A DNA stretch of 64,000 nucleotides from an uncultured Lachnospiraceae bacterium (GTDB lineage Bacteria; Bacillota; Clostridia; Lachnospirales; Lachnospiraceae). Positions 1 through 8,799 of the stretch are shown in pieces (within the stretch, counting starts at the first letter, position 1; every line of letters begins with the position of its first letter). The stretch is from NCBI GenBank assembly GCA_947626715.1, contig CANQTG010000003.1, positions 2,707 through 66,706 on the forward strand, given 5' to 3'. The notes below the pieces were generated by a model. That model was not told the origin of the DNA, did not search any database, and saw nothing but the letters and a program-made list of their open reading frames with translations. A program made the position numbers and the translations under genes.

Positions 1-834
1 CCTTGCCGCGTCAAAGCAGGCCGCCTTTTCCTCTTCGTTAAGCGGCGCGAACTCTTTCATATAGCTCACGTTATCCTTCATCTGGGAAAGATCGGACATT
101 CCCGAAAGCACTACCATCACATTGTCAAGAGACGCCGCGAACCGGATCGCCCAGCTGGAAACGGACATCTGCGGGGCGCAGCTCTTTAACAGCTTTTCCG
201 CGCTCTCGGGCAGCCGCGCCAGAGTGCCGCCCTTGACCGGCTCCATAACGACGACGGGCTTTCCGTGCTTTACCGCCACGTCATAACATGCCTTTGACTG
301 CACCCATTGACTTTCCCAGTCAAGATAATTGATCTGCAGCTGCACAAACTCCATCTCCGGGTGCTTGGTAAGGATCTCGTCCAGCAGCGCGGCAGAATCA
401 TGGAAGGAAAACCCTGCGTGTTTCACCAGTCCCGCCGCCTTCTTTTCCATCAGCCAGCGAAAGCAGTCGTATTGTTCGTACTTATCGAGCATTCCCGCCT
501 CAATGCCGTGAAGGAGATAATAGTCGAAATATCCGGCTCCCGTCTGGGCAAGCTGCTCCTCAAATATCTTATCCCGATCCTCAAAGGAATGAAAGAACGC
601 CGCATGGAGCTTCGTCGCCAGCGTAAAGCTGTCTCTGGGGTATCTGTCCACCAGCGCGGCTTTCGCGACGCTTTGACTGGCAAAGCCATTATACATGATC
701 GCCGTATCAAAGTAGGTAAACCCGTTTTCCATGAACAGATCCACCATCGCTTTGACCTGCTCCACGTCCACATCCGAATCCTTCCCGCCTTCCAAAAGCG
801 GCATCCGCATCAACCCAAACCCGAGTTTTTTCAT
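1..834 (-). CDS. Aldo/keto reductase, COG1453-like (3' end runs off window start)
   Basis: Not in the ORF track because it has no stop in the window. Manual translation from ATG at 834 (RBS GGAGG upstream) gives MKKLGFGLMRMPLL...FTYFDTA...LHG...GFSFHDSA...FVQLQINYLDW...VVVMEPVKGG, typical of this AKR subfamily. Confidence 0.88.
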   Translation of the reverse strand, partial: MKKLGFGLMRMPLLEGGKDSDVDVEQVKAMVDLFMENGFTYFDTAIMYNGFASQSVAKAALVDRYPRDSFTLATKLHAAFFHSFEDRDKIFEEQLAQTGAGYFDYYLLHGIEAGMLDKYEQYDCFRWLMEKKAAGLVKHAGFSFHDSAALLDEILTKHPEMEFVQLQINYLDWESQWVQSKACYDVAVKHGKPVVVMEPVKGGTLARLPESAEKLLKSCAPQMSVSSWAIRFAASLDNVMVVLSGMSDLSQMKDNVSYMKEFAPLNEEEKAACFDAAR

Positions 835-898
835 ACGCTTCCCTCCTAAATCCGTTTCCCTTGTTTCAGCTTTGCCGGTTCGCCCGGACAGCCCCTTT

Positions 899-1369
899 TT
901 ATTCCGCTGTGCTAAATACAGCGGTCACGTCTCCGCTGCCGAGCGCCCGTTTCCAATCGGTCAGATCGTCCACCTTTCCGATACGGGTATAGCTCCATGA
1001 ATTGGAGCCATAAAAGATCACGATCTGATTTCCGTTATAGAGCACAATGTCCCCTTCCCTTGTAGTGGTCTGACGATCCTCTGCGGCCAGTTTTTTCCCC
1101 AGAGGGCCGACTTTTTCAAAACCGGAATAATCGCTCATCTGGATCGTTACCGGTCCTTCCTTCAGCATTTCAATCCACTCGTTTACCGCGTCGTTTTCCT
1201 CCAAAGCGGCTGTAAAATTATAATCCCCGATCTGTATGTTCATCTTCATTTCCGTTTCCTCCTGCGTATCCTCTCTTCCCGCTCTGCCAGCGCCGCCCTC
1301 CGGCTTACCGCAGGCAATAAGTATCCATGCGCAGACCATGACAACGCCGGCTATCCCGTATTTTTTCAT
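899..1369 (-). CDS. Cyclophilin-like fold lipoprotein
   Basis: Lipobox ILIA-C. Core MSDYSGFEKVGPLG...GDIVLYNGNQIVIFYGSNSWSYTRIGKV matches my recollection of cyclophilin-like (Cyclophil_like2) proteins. Confidence 0.75.
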   Translation of the reverse strand: MKKYGIAGVVMVCAWILIACGKPEGGAGRAGREDTQEETEMKMNIQIGDYNFTAALEENDAVNEWIEMLKEGPVTIQMSDYSGFEKVGPLGKKLAAEDRQTTTREGDIVLYNGNQIVIFYGSNSWSYTRIGKVDDLTDWKRALGSGDVTAVFSTAE

Positions 1370-1508
1370 CTTCCGCCTTTCCGCCTTTCTTCTTGATAGA
1401 TTTTATTTCCGTGCGCCCCGTTTATGTATGCGACCTATAGAACCGTATCCCTGCATAGCAGATGGGAGGAGACTTCCGCTCCAGCCCGCAGGCAAGCCTT
1501 AAACGCGC

Positions 1509-1724
1509 TTACATATGTTCGATCCTTGCCATCATGTAATCGAGGCAGGAGAGCTTCCGCCTCTCTTCGGCAAGCAGGTCCTTTTTGATCCTGAAAAAAC
1601 GGCGCAGCAGCCGCTCCCTGCCGCTTTCGTCCCTGTTATCGCAGCAGGACTGATAAAGCGCGAGTATCTCGTCCGACATGCCGATCTCTTTTAATTTCCG
1701 AATGGTTCCCCGATCCGTTTCCAT
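1509..1724 (-). CDS. Small helical protein resembling the MerR C-terminal half without HTH (copy A)
   Basis: 71 aa, LKEIGMS..I...Y...D....R..LL......L......L..LDYM pattern; RBS GGAGG; divergent from LysR; paralogous to 2895-3119 and 7535-7762. Confidence 0.65.
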   Translation of the reverse strand: METDRGTIRKLKEIGMSDEILALYQSCCDNRDESGRERLLRRFFRIKKDLLAEERRKLSCLDYMMARIEHM

Positions 1725-1880
1725 ATCGTTTTTCCTCCCCTGCGGCCCCTGCCGGATCCCAAAGCTTATCCCAGCAGCCGAAAATCATGCACAGGCGCGG
1801 AAAGCATTTGATCCCGCCTGACAAGGTACGATAAAATCTCAGCGTGCGCGGCGCAGCTATAGTCTAGGATACGCCGCCGC

Positions 1881-1909
1881 TTGACAGATAACAAATACTT
1901 ATGTAGAAT
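1881..1909 (+). promoter_or_regulatory. Sigma70-type promoter of LysR1 with LysR-type T-N11-A boxes
   Basis: TTGACA (1881-1886), 17 bp, TAGAAT (1904-1909) with TG extension. ATAA-N7-TTAT (1888-1902) lies between the hexamers and ATGTA-N9-TACAT (1901-1919) overlaps the -10. Confidence 0.7.
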
Positions 1910-1960
1910 GCGGTTACATAGTTTTTAAGAATGATTTATTGAAAAGGAGCGTGAGCCGAT

Positions 1961-2845
1961 ATGATCGAAACGCGGCTGTTACAATATTTCCTTGCGATCG
2001 CGGAAGAACAGAGTATCACCAGAGCCGCGGAATATCTCCATGTCACGCAGCCGACCCTTTCCAAGCAGATGATGGACTTGGAGCATACGCTGGGCAAGCA
2101 GCTTTTTATCCGCGGCAAGAAAAAGGTGACCCTGACGGAGGACGGCGCGTATCTCCGCTCCCGCGCGCAGGAAATCATGTCGCTGATGGAAAAGACCGAA
2201 TCGGCGTTCCGGGAGAACGAACAGACGATCTCGGGCGACATCCATATCGGCTGCGGAGAATACCGCAGCTCCTACCGGATCATGCAGTTAGTCCGGGAGA
2301 TCCAGTTAGAATATCCCGAGATCCGATTCCATTTTTTCAGCTCCAACGCCGACGCGATCCTCGAACGGCTCGACAAGGGGCTTCTTGATATGGGGTTTCT
2401 ATTGGAGCCTGAGAGGAAGCCGCATTATGAATATCAAAAGCTCCCGTTTTACGAAACATGGGGGATCCTCGCAAGAAAAGACTCGCCGCTTAGCGGGCGC
2501 GAAACGGTATCCTTCAAAGAGCTTGCCGGGCTTCCCCTTATCATGCCCAGCCAATCCTCCAACAGCAGCCGGATCGCCGCGCTTTTTGCCGATGAACTGC
2601 TCTCCCCGCATATCGTATCGACCTACAACCTGATCTTCAACGCGGGCCTGATGGTGGAGGCCGGGATCGGTTACGCCCTCTGTATCGACGAGCTGATCGA
2701 CACGGCGGGAAACCACCCGCTGACCTTCATTCCCCTTGCGCCTAAGCTTTGCTCCCATGTGATCCTCTTTACCAAAAAATATCAGGTCTTCTCAAAGGCG
2801 GCAAGACTGTTTCTCGACTGTCTGAAAGAAAGAATCGCCGTCTGA
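1961..2845 (+). CDS. LysR family transcriptional regulator
   Basis: N-terminal HTH ([30 protein letters not shown]); 294 aa with a substrate-binding domain. Confidence 0.95.
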   Translation: MIETRLLQYFLAIAEEQSITRAAEYLHVTQPTLSKQMMDLEHTLGKQLFIRGKKKVTLTEDGAYLRSRAQEIMSLMEKTESAFRENEQTISGDIHIGCGEYRSSYRIMQLVREIQLEYPEIRFHFFSSNADAILERLDKGLLDMGFLLEPERKPHYEYQKLPFYETWGILARKDSPLSGRETVSFKELAGLPLIMPSQSSNSSRIAALFADELLSPHIVSTYNLIFNAGLMVEAGIGYALCIDELIDTAGNHPLTFIPLAPKLCSHVILFTKKYQVFSKAARLFLDCLKERIAV

Positions 2846-2894
2846 GCGCGCTCATAGGGCTGGCCGTCCTTTTGCCGGAAAATACCGGCGCGGC

Positions 2895-3119
2895 CTATAC
2901 GCGCCCGTCCGCGATCAGGCTCTCCAGAAAATAAAGATCCGCCTGCGCGTTATGGATATTCTGCAGCAGTCTCTTTCTTTTCTTTGCCAGCAGTCCCATG
3001 CTTTCCGCTAGGTCTCCGCTCTGCCACGCCGCGATAAAGATATCGATCTCAGCCTTTGTGCAGCCGGCATCCTCCATATTCTGTTTTACCTCTTCTATGC
3101 TCCGATATCTTCCAAACAT
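2895..3119 (-). CDS. Small MerR-C-terminal-like protein (copy B)
   Basis: MEDAGCTKAEI...LLAKKRKRLLQNIHNAQADLYFLESLI; directly downstream of patB. Alternative start at 3077. Confidence 0.65.
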   Translation of the reverse strand: MFGRYRSIEEVKQNMEDAGCTKAEIDIFIAAWQSGDLAESMGLLAKKRKRLLQNIHNAQADLYFLESLIADGRV

Positions 3120-3135
3120 GACCGAAAGCCTCTTT

Positions 3136-4317
3136 TTAACGACGGTTTTCGACGGCTCCCTCGTACTTTTCGATTCCTTCCCGCAGGCGGGAGAGCCCGT
3201 CTCTTAGCACGCTGCGGGGACAGGCGGCGTTCATACGGATAAAGCGCTCCCCGCCGCGGCCATACTGCGACCCGCTCGAAACGATCAGTCCCGTCTCTTT
3301 GCGGATAAACGAAACGGCCTCGTCGGCAGAGCCGGCCAGACGTCCGCAGTCTAACCACATAAGATACGTGGCCTGCGAGGGAACGGCGCGCAGCTTAGGG
3401 ATATTTTTTTGGATATACTCCGCCGCTTCCTTTTTATTTTGGAATAAATAGGCGCGCAGCTCGTCAAGCCACCGCGCCCCTTTGGTAAACGCGACGACGG
3501 CCGCTTCGACGGCAAAGGCATTCGGCTCCGCCACCTCGTCCGTATTCAGCGCGCGCCAGACCTTATGGCGCAGCGCCGGATTCGGGACTGCGACCGCCGC
3601 CGTCTGCAGCCCCGCCAGATTAAACGCCTTCGTCGGCGCAATGCAGGTAACGCTGTTTTCCCGGCAGTCCTCGGAAACGCTCGCAAACGGGATATATTCC
3701 GTTTCCGGCGCGGTCAGATCGCAGTGGATCTCATCTGACAGGACGACGACATGATATTTCCGGCAGAGAGCGCCGATTCGGGCAAGCGTTTCCCGACTCC
3801 AGATCTTTCCAATGGGATTATGCGGATTGCACAGGATCATCAGAGAAGTCTGCGGGTCGGCGAGCTTTTTTTCCAGATCCTCAAAATCGATCTCATATCC
3901 GCCGTCTTTGTACGTTAATTCACTTTCCAAGACCTGCCTTCCATTATTGAGAACGGAATGAAAAAAGATATTGTAAACGGGAGTCTGCAATAAGACCTTT
4001 TCGGCGGGCGTCGTCAGCTTTCGGACAATACTGGAAACGGCGGGCACCACGCCCGTGCAGAAGATCAGCCAGTCCCGCTCGAGCGCAAAGTGATGTCTGC
4101 TCTGCCACCATGCCGCGTAAGCGTCGTACCACGACTTTGGGACCACGCAATAACCGAATACGCCGTGTTCCGCCCTCTCTTTTATCGCATGGAGTATCTC
4201 CGGCGCCGTCGGGAAATCCATATCCGCCACCCACATAGGCAGTTCGCCGTCCGCGATATCCCACTTTAAGGAATTTGTATTCCTGCGGTCCGTAACCGTA
4301 TTAAAATCATATTCCAT
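3136..4317 (-). CDS. patB: MalY/PatB family PLP-dependent C-S lyase (cystathionine beta-lyase-like)
   Basis: LPMWVADMDF, LCNPHNPIG, SDEIHCDL, APTKAFNLAGL (PLP lysine); 393 aa. Confidence 0.9.
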   Translation of the reverse strand: MEYDFNTVTDRRNTNSLKWDIADGELPMWVADMDFPTAPEILHAIKERAEHGVFGYCVVPKSWYDAYAAWWQSRHHFALERDWLIFCTGVVPAVSSIVRKLTTPAEKVLLQTPVYNIFFHSVLNNGRQVLESELTYKDGGYEIDFEDLEKKLADPQTSLMILCNPHNPIGKIWSRETLARIGALCRKYHVVVLSDEIHCDLTAPETEYIPFASVSEDCRENSVTCIAPTKAFNLAGLQTAAVAVPNPALRHKVWRALNTDEVAEPNAFAVEAAVVAFTKGARWLDELRAYLFQNKKEAAEYIQKNIPKLRAVPSQATYLMWLDCGRLAGSADEAVSFIRKETGLIVSSGSQYGRGGERFIRMNAACPRSVLRDGLSRLREGIEKYEGAVENRR

Positions 4318-4336
4318 ATTCCCTGTCCCCGTTTCT

Positions 4337-5215
4337 TTATACGCACATTCGGATCGGCTGCTGTATCTCCTGCCTGCATACGATCCTCGTTTTCGACGGA
4401 TCCACCTTGTCTTTTTCGATCGTAAGCTCTTTGATCAGATCCGCAGTGATCGTGCCGCCCGACGGATTCAGTATGCTGTCAACCGCTCCACTGATATCCG
4501 CTTCCACGGTGGAATATTCAAACGCCAGCGTCGTATTCAAAAGCTTACAGTTTTTCAGGATAAGGTTGTCGATGTAGCACATGCCCTGAAGACTCTCTAT
4601 CGTACAGTTGACAAGCGTCAGGTTTTTCGCGTTCCAGCCCAGATATTCCCCCGAAATAAACGAATCGTAAACGGTCACGTTCTCGCTGTTCCAAAAAGCG
4701 TCTTTGGAAAGCAGGCGCGAATCGTGTATTTCCACATTTCTCGCCCCGTCAAAGGAATAATTCCCATACAGCGTAAGGCCAGAGACCTTCATATTGCTGC
4801 TGTTCATGGCAAAATAATCCCCTTTTGCCGTCACCTGCTCCAACGTCACCTGATCGCAGTTCCACAGCGTTTCCGCCGCATTCGGGAAAGAAACGTTTTT
4901 TAGAAAGACCTCCTCGCAGCGGCGGAAGTTTTTCGGAGCTTCGATCGCGCTGTCCTCCACCCGGATACGTTTCGTGTACCAGACGCCGGCGCGTCCCATC
5001 TCAAACCACGTACAGTCCTTGACCGCTATATTCCTGCAATACCACAGCGGATATTTCCATTTGAACATACTGCCCGACAGCTCAATATCGTGGCTTTCCT
5101 TTAACGGCGATTCCCCGTCGTCAAAGATCGTATCTTTTATGCGCAGATAGGCGCTGCCGAATAACGCGCGCTCCCCCGTTAAAAACTCCTGACAGATCTC
5201 GTTTTTTATCTTCAT
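4337..5215 (-). CDS. DUF3737 family protein (beta-helix-like repeats)
   Basis: GERALF...GESPLKES...FKWKYPLWY...SKDAFW...GEYLGW...LAFEYS. Start placed at ATG 5215 (RBS GGAGGG). Confidence 0.82.
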   Translation of the reverse strand: MKIKNEICQEFLTGERALFGSAYLRIKDTIFDDGESPLKESHDIELSGSMFKWKYPLWYCRNIAVKDCTWFEMGRAGVWYTKRIRVEDSAIEAPKNFRRCEEVFLKNVSFPNAAETLWNCDQVTLEQVTAKGDYFAMNSSNMKVSGLTLYGNYSFDGARNVEIHDSRLLSKDAFWNSENVTVYDSFISGEYLGWNAKNLTLVNCTIESLQGMCYIDNLILKNCKLLNTTLAFEYSTVEADISGAVDSILNPSGGTITADLIKELTIEKDKVDPSKTRIVCRQEIQQPIRMCV

Positions 5216-5298
5216 GCTTTTCCCTCCGTTTATGGACAATGCTTTTCTTTGATTTTTGATTTCTCATTTTATATTTTTATTTTCTTTTCTATATTATA

Positions 5299-5335
5299 AT
5301 TATAGTATTCCTTTTATAAAATAACAAATATCTAT
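5299..5335 (-). promoter_or_regulatory. Promoter of DUF3737-patB with an overlapping LysR-like box
   Basis: Minus strand TTGTTA (5327-5322), 17 bp, TATAAT (5304-5299). ATAACAAATATCTAT (5321-5335) is nearly identical to the box in the LysR1 promoter. Confidence 0.55.
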
Positions 5336-5390
5336 GCTGCATGATTTATCATAATCTATAGGAATGGAAATATCATAAAAAACGGATAAA

Positions 5391-5422
5391 GCAGCAGCCC
5401 TGATCCTTCGCCGGACTGCTGC
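5391..5422 (-). terminator. Intrinsic terminator after the AKR lipoprotein gene
   Basis: GCAGCAGTCC...GGCTGCTGC stem followed by TTTATCCGTTTTTT on the minus strand. Confidence 0.65.
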
Positions 5423-5493
5423 CCTTCCATGTAATATAATAAGCGCCAAGCCTCGCAAGCGAATCTTGAACAGATGGGAGATGACTCCCACTT

Positions 5494-6498
5494 CTAATAC
5501 CAGTCATGCTTTTCGTTCCTATCAAGATCGGCGATCTGCCGCATTTCCTCGTCCGTCAAGGCAAAGTCAAAGAGATCGAGATTCTCCCGGATATGCGCAG
5601 GGTCGCTCGAGCCCGGAATAACGACGATCCCCCTCTGCAGATCCCAGCGTAGGATCACCTGCGCGGCAGATACGCCATGCGCCCCGGCGATCGCCGCGAT
5701 CGTCTTATCGCCCAGCAGCTCCGCCGTATGCCCTCTGCCGCCCAGCGGGTACCAGCACTGAACCACAATACCCTTTTGCTGGATATATGGGACTACCTCC
5801 CGCTCCTGATAGTACGGGTGGATCTCGTTCTGCACGAGCGCCGGCATGATATTGACCTGCGGCAGAAATTCCTCCAGTTCCTTCACATACCAGTTTGACA
5901 GCCCCAGCGAACGGATCTTCCCTTCCGCCGCCGCTTTTTCCATCGCATGATAAGCGTTTACGTCGCCGCTCCCGGGGTGATGGAGCAGCATCATATCAAT
6001 ATAGCCGATATCCAATTTATCCAACGCGTCCTGAATCGCTTTCTCTGGATCTTCATACTGCTTTCCGGGATATATCTTCGTAATCACGAAAATATCCTCC
6101 CGCGGGATGCCGGAATCCCGGATCGCCCGCCCTACGGCGGCTTCATTCCCATACATATACGCCGTGTCGATCAGCCGTCCGCCCGCCTCCAGCAGCGCGG
6201 TCACAGAATCATAGCATTCCGTATCGGAAAGACTGTAGGTTCCAAGTCCCATGATCGGCATTTCATATCCGCTGTTGAGCATGACCGTATGGTTTGCAAA
6301 ATCGAATACGCCGCTTTCCCCGGATACGGAGGCGTCCTCTGAAAGAGCCTTTATATCGCCGCCGGACGAAGAATAATCGGCAGGAAGATGGGGCGTCTCC
6401 TTCCCTTTGACCTGATCGCAGGCCGAGAGGCCGGGCGTAAGAAGCGAGGTCAAAAGAAGCGCCGCCAGCCGTTTCAACTGTTTCTTCCGTTTTTGCAT
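5494..6498 (-). CDS. Aldo/keto reductase (2,5-DKG reductase-like) with N-terminal lipoprotein signal
   Basis: GLGTY, LIDTAYMYGNE, VITKIYP, LLHHP, LGLSNW, QNEIHPY give the D/Y/K/H tetrad. N-terminus is basic + hydrophobic + LSA-C. Confidence 0.9.
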   Translation of the reverse strand: MQKRKKQLKRLAALLLTSLLTPGLSACDQVKGKETPHLPADYSSSGGDIKALSEDASVSGESGVFDFANHTVMLNSGYEMPIMGLGTYSLSDTECYDSVTALLEAGGRLIDTAYMYGNEAAVGRAIRDSGIPREDIFVITKIYPGKQYEDPEKAIQDALDKLDIGYIDMMLLHHPGSGDVNAYHAMEKAAAEGKIRSLGLSNWYVKELEEFLPQVNIMPALVQNEIHPYYQEREVVPYIQQKGIVVQCWYPLGGRGHTAELLGDKTIAAIAGAHGVSAAQVILRWDLQRGIVVIPGSSDPAHIRENLDLFDFALTDEEMRQIADLDRNEKHDWY

Positions 6499-6517
6499 AT
6501 CCCGCTCCCTCCGCGTC

Positions 6518-7516
6518 CTATTTCAGATATTCCGTAAAGAAATCTTCCAGCTTATCAAAGGGGATCGCGTCCTTACCGCCGCCGTCATACAGATCCGTGT
6601 GCACCGCGCCCGGAATGATCAGCAGCTCCTTATTCTCCGTATATTGACTGTCCTTTGTCATCGCCGCATAGGCGTCTTTGGAGAAATAGCAGGAATGCGC
6701 CTTTTCCCCGTGCACGAGCAGGACGGCGCTGCGGATCTCGTCCGCATAGCTTAGGATCGGCTGATTTAAAAAGGATTCGCAGCCGATCACATTCCAGCCT
6801 CCGTTGGAATTGAGCGACCTTTCATGATACCCGCGGCCCGTTTTGTAATAATCATAATAATCCTTTACAAAAAACGGCGCGTCCTCGGGAAGCGGATCGA
6901 CGACCCCGCCGCCCAGCTTATACTCGCCCGCTCTTAGATCCGCAAGCCTCTGCTCACACATCGCCTTCCGCTTCTGATAGCGCGCCTCTTCGCTGTCCTC
7001 GCTGTCAAAATAACCGTTGACGTTCACTCTCGCCATATCGTACATGGTGGAAGCGACCGTCGCTTTGATCCTCGTATCCAGCGCCGCCGCATTTAACGCC
7101 ATGCCGCCCCAGCCGCAGATCCCGATGATCCCGATCCTGTCGGGATCGACTCTCTCATCCAAAGAGAGCGCATCTACCGCCGCCATAAAATCCTCCGTAT
7201 TGATATCGGGAGAAGCCATGTATCTGACATTGCCTCCGCTCTCGCCCGTAAACGAGGGATCGAAGGCGATCGTCAGAAAGCCCCGCTCCGCCATCGTCTG
7301 CGCATAGAGCCCCGCGCACTGCTCCTTTACCGCTCCAAAAGGGCCGCAGACAGCGATCGCCGGAAGCCTGCCCTGCGCATTCTTAGGCACATAGCGGTCC
7401 GCCGCCAGCGTAATCCCGTAGCGGTTTCCAAAGCTTATCTTGTCGTGATCGACCTTATCGCTCTTGGGGAAGGTCTTATCCCACTCTTTTGTAAGTTTCA
7501 ATTCTTCTTTTTTCAT
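6518..7516 (-). CDS. Alpha/beta hydrolase (YcjY-like, Cys nucleophile elbow)
   Basis: GPFGAVKEQ, FDPSFTGESGG, GICGWGG, VHGEKAHS, GAVHTDLYD. Confidence 0.85.
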   Translation of the reverse strand: MKKEELKLTKEWDKTFPKSDKVDHDKISFGNRYGITLAADRYVPKNAQGRLPAIAVCGPFGAVKEQCAGLYAQTMAERGFLTIAFDPSFTGESGGNVRYMASPDINTEDFMAAVDALSLDERVDPDRIGIIGICGWGGMALNAAALDTRIKATVASTMYDMARVNVNGYFDSEDSEEARYQKRKAMCEQRLADLRAGEYKLGGGVVDPLPEDAPFFVKDYYDYYKTGRGYHERSLNSNGGWNVIGCESFLNQPILSYADEIRSAVLLVHGEKAHSCYFSKDAYAAMTKDSQYTENKELLIIPGAVHTDLYDGGGKDAIPFDKLEDFFTEYLK

Positions 7517-7534
7517 TTTCTTTCCACCCTTTCC

Positions 7535-7762
7535 TTATTTTGCTGCGATCTTTTCCGTCTGCCTGATCAGATAATCCATACGGTCTACCCTTCTCTGGCT
7601 TTCATGCATTTTGTCCACAAGGTTCGCGCGGCACTTCCTGAGATATCGTATCAGGCTGTCTAAGCTGTCCGTTTCAAGGAGCCTTTCGGCCCCTTCGACC
7701 TCTTCTTTCGTACAGCCCGCGTCAGCCAGACCCACGAGCAGGCGGTCTAATTGTTCCTTCAT
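7535..7762 (-). CDS. Small MerR-C-terminal-like protein (copy C)
   Basis: LADAGCTKEEV...YLRKCRANLVDKMHESQRRVDRMDYLI; RBS AAGGA; divergent from LysR2 and first gene of the hydrolase/AKR unit. Confidence 0.7.
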   Translation of the reverse strand: MKEQLDRLLVGLADAGCTKEEVEGAERLLETDSLDSLIRYLRKCRANLVDKMHESQRRVDRMDYLIRQTEKIAAK

Positions 7763-7849
7763 GGCGCCATCCTTTCTGCGCGCGGCTTTTCTCCGCCCCT
7801 TACAGTCTCAGGATAGCACCTTGCGTTTCTCTTCGCTAATGGTTATAAT

Positions 7850-7865
7850 GAATATCATGATATTC
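7850..7865. promoter_or_regulatory. Perfect 16-bp palindrome in the divergent LysR2 promoter region
   Basis: GAATATCATGATATTC equals its own reverse complement. Confidence 0.45.
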
Positions 7866-7899
7866 CTTTTATGCATATTATAAGGGAGGAAGAGATTCG

Positions 7900-8799
7900 A
7901 TGGAGATCCGCACGTTACGCTACTTTCTCGCAACAGCAAGAGAAGAAAATATGACAAGGGCGGCCGAGCTTCTTCACGTTACGCAGCCCACGCTCTCCAA
8001 AGCGCTGCGCGCGCTGGAAGAGGAACTCGGAAAAAAGCTGTTTACCAGACACAGCTTCCATATCTCCCTGACCGAGGAGGGTATGCTCCTCCGCGACCGG
8101 GCGGAGGATCTGGTCGGCATGGCGGATAAGATCGAAAAGGAATTTTTATCTCTGGACGACATCACCGGCGGGGATCTGTTTCTGGGGCTTGCCGAATCCT
8201 GCCAGATCCGATACCTCGCAAGGGAGATCCGAAAGCTGAAAACCGTTTATCCCGGACTGAAATATCACATTACGAGCGGCGATACGGAGCAGGTCACGGA
8301 AAAGCTGGACCGCGGCCTTTTGGATTTTGCGGTTCTGTGCGATACTCCCGACGCCCGCAAATACGACTATCTCCCATTCCCCAAGCCCGATATCTGGGGC
8401 GTCATCATGAAAGAGGACGATCCTCTCGCAAAAAAAGAGGCCATCGTGACAGATGACCTCATAGGGCTCCCTTTATTTACTTCCGAACAGGGCTGGAAAA
8501 ACGATATCGGAAAATGGTGCGGCGAACGCCTCCACGAGCTTTCGTTAGAAGGCTCCTTCCGGCTCGCATACAACGCCTCCCTCTTCGTAAGGGAGGGGCT
8601 CGGTTATCAGCTCACCTTTGCGGGGCTGATCGACACCTCCAAAGGAAGCGGCCTTGTTTTTCGCCCGCTCTCCCCGAAGTTGGAAACCCGTCTTTTTTTA
8701 ATCTGGAATAAATATCAGACCTTCACGCCGATCGCGGAAAGATTCCTTGCGCAGATCCAAACAGGATTTTCCCGCTCCCCGCAAAGCCCTACAGCTTGA
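7900..8799 (+). CDS. LysR family transcriptional regulator (paralogue of 1961-2845)
   Basis: [32 protein letters not shown]; shares [10 protein letters not shown] and FNKYQ-type segments with LysR1. Confidence 0.95.
   Translation: MEIRTLRYFLATAREENMTRAAELLHVTQPTLSKALRALEEELGKKLFTRHSFHISLTEEGMLLRDRAEDLVGMADKIEKEFLSLDDITGGDLFLGLAESCQIRYLAREIRKLKTVYPGLKYHITSGDTEQVTEKLDRGLLDFAVLCDTPDARKYDYLPFPKPDIWGVIMKEDDPLAKKEAIVTDDLIGLPLFTSEQGWKNDIGKWCGERLHELSLEGSFRLAYNASLFVREGLGYQLTFAGLIDTSKGSGLVFRPLSPKLETRLFLIWNKYQTFTPIAERFLAQIQTGFSRSPQSPTA

Noticed and set aside
307-849. 180-aa plus-strand ORF and the 450-773 minus-strand ORF
   Set aside because: Shadow frames of the AKR gene (<1-834, minus), which has clear family motifs.
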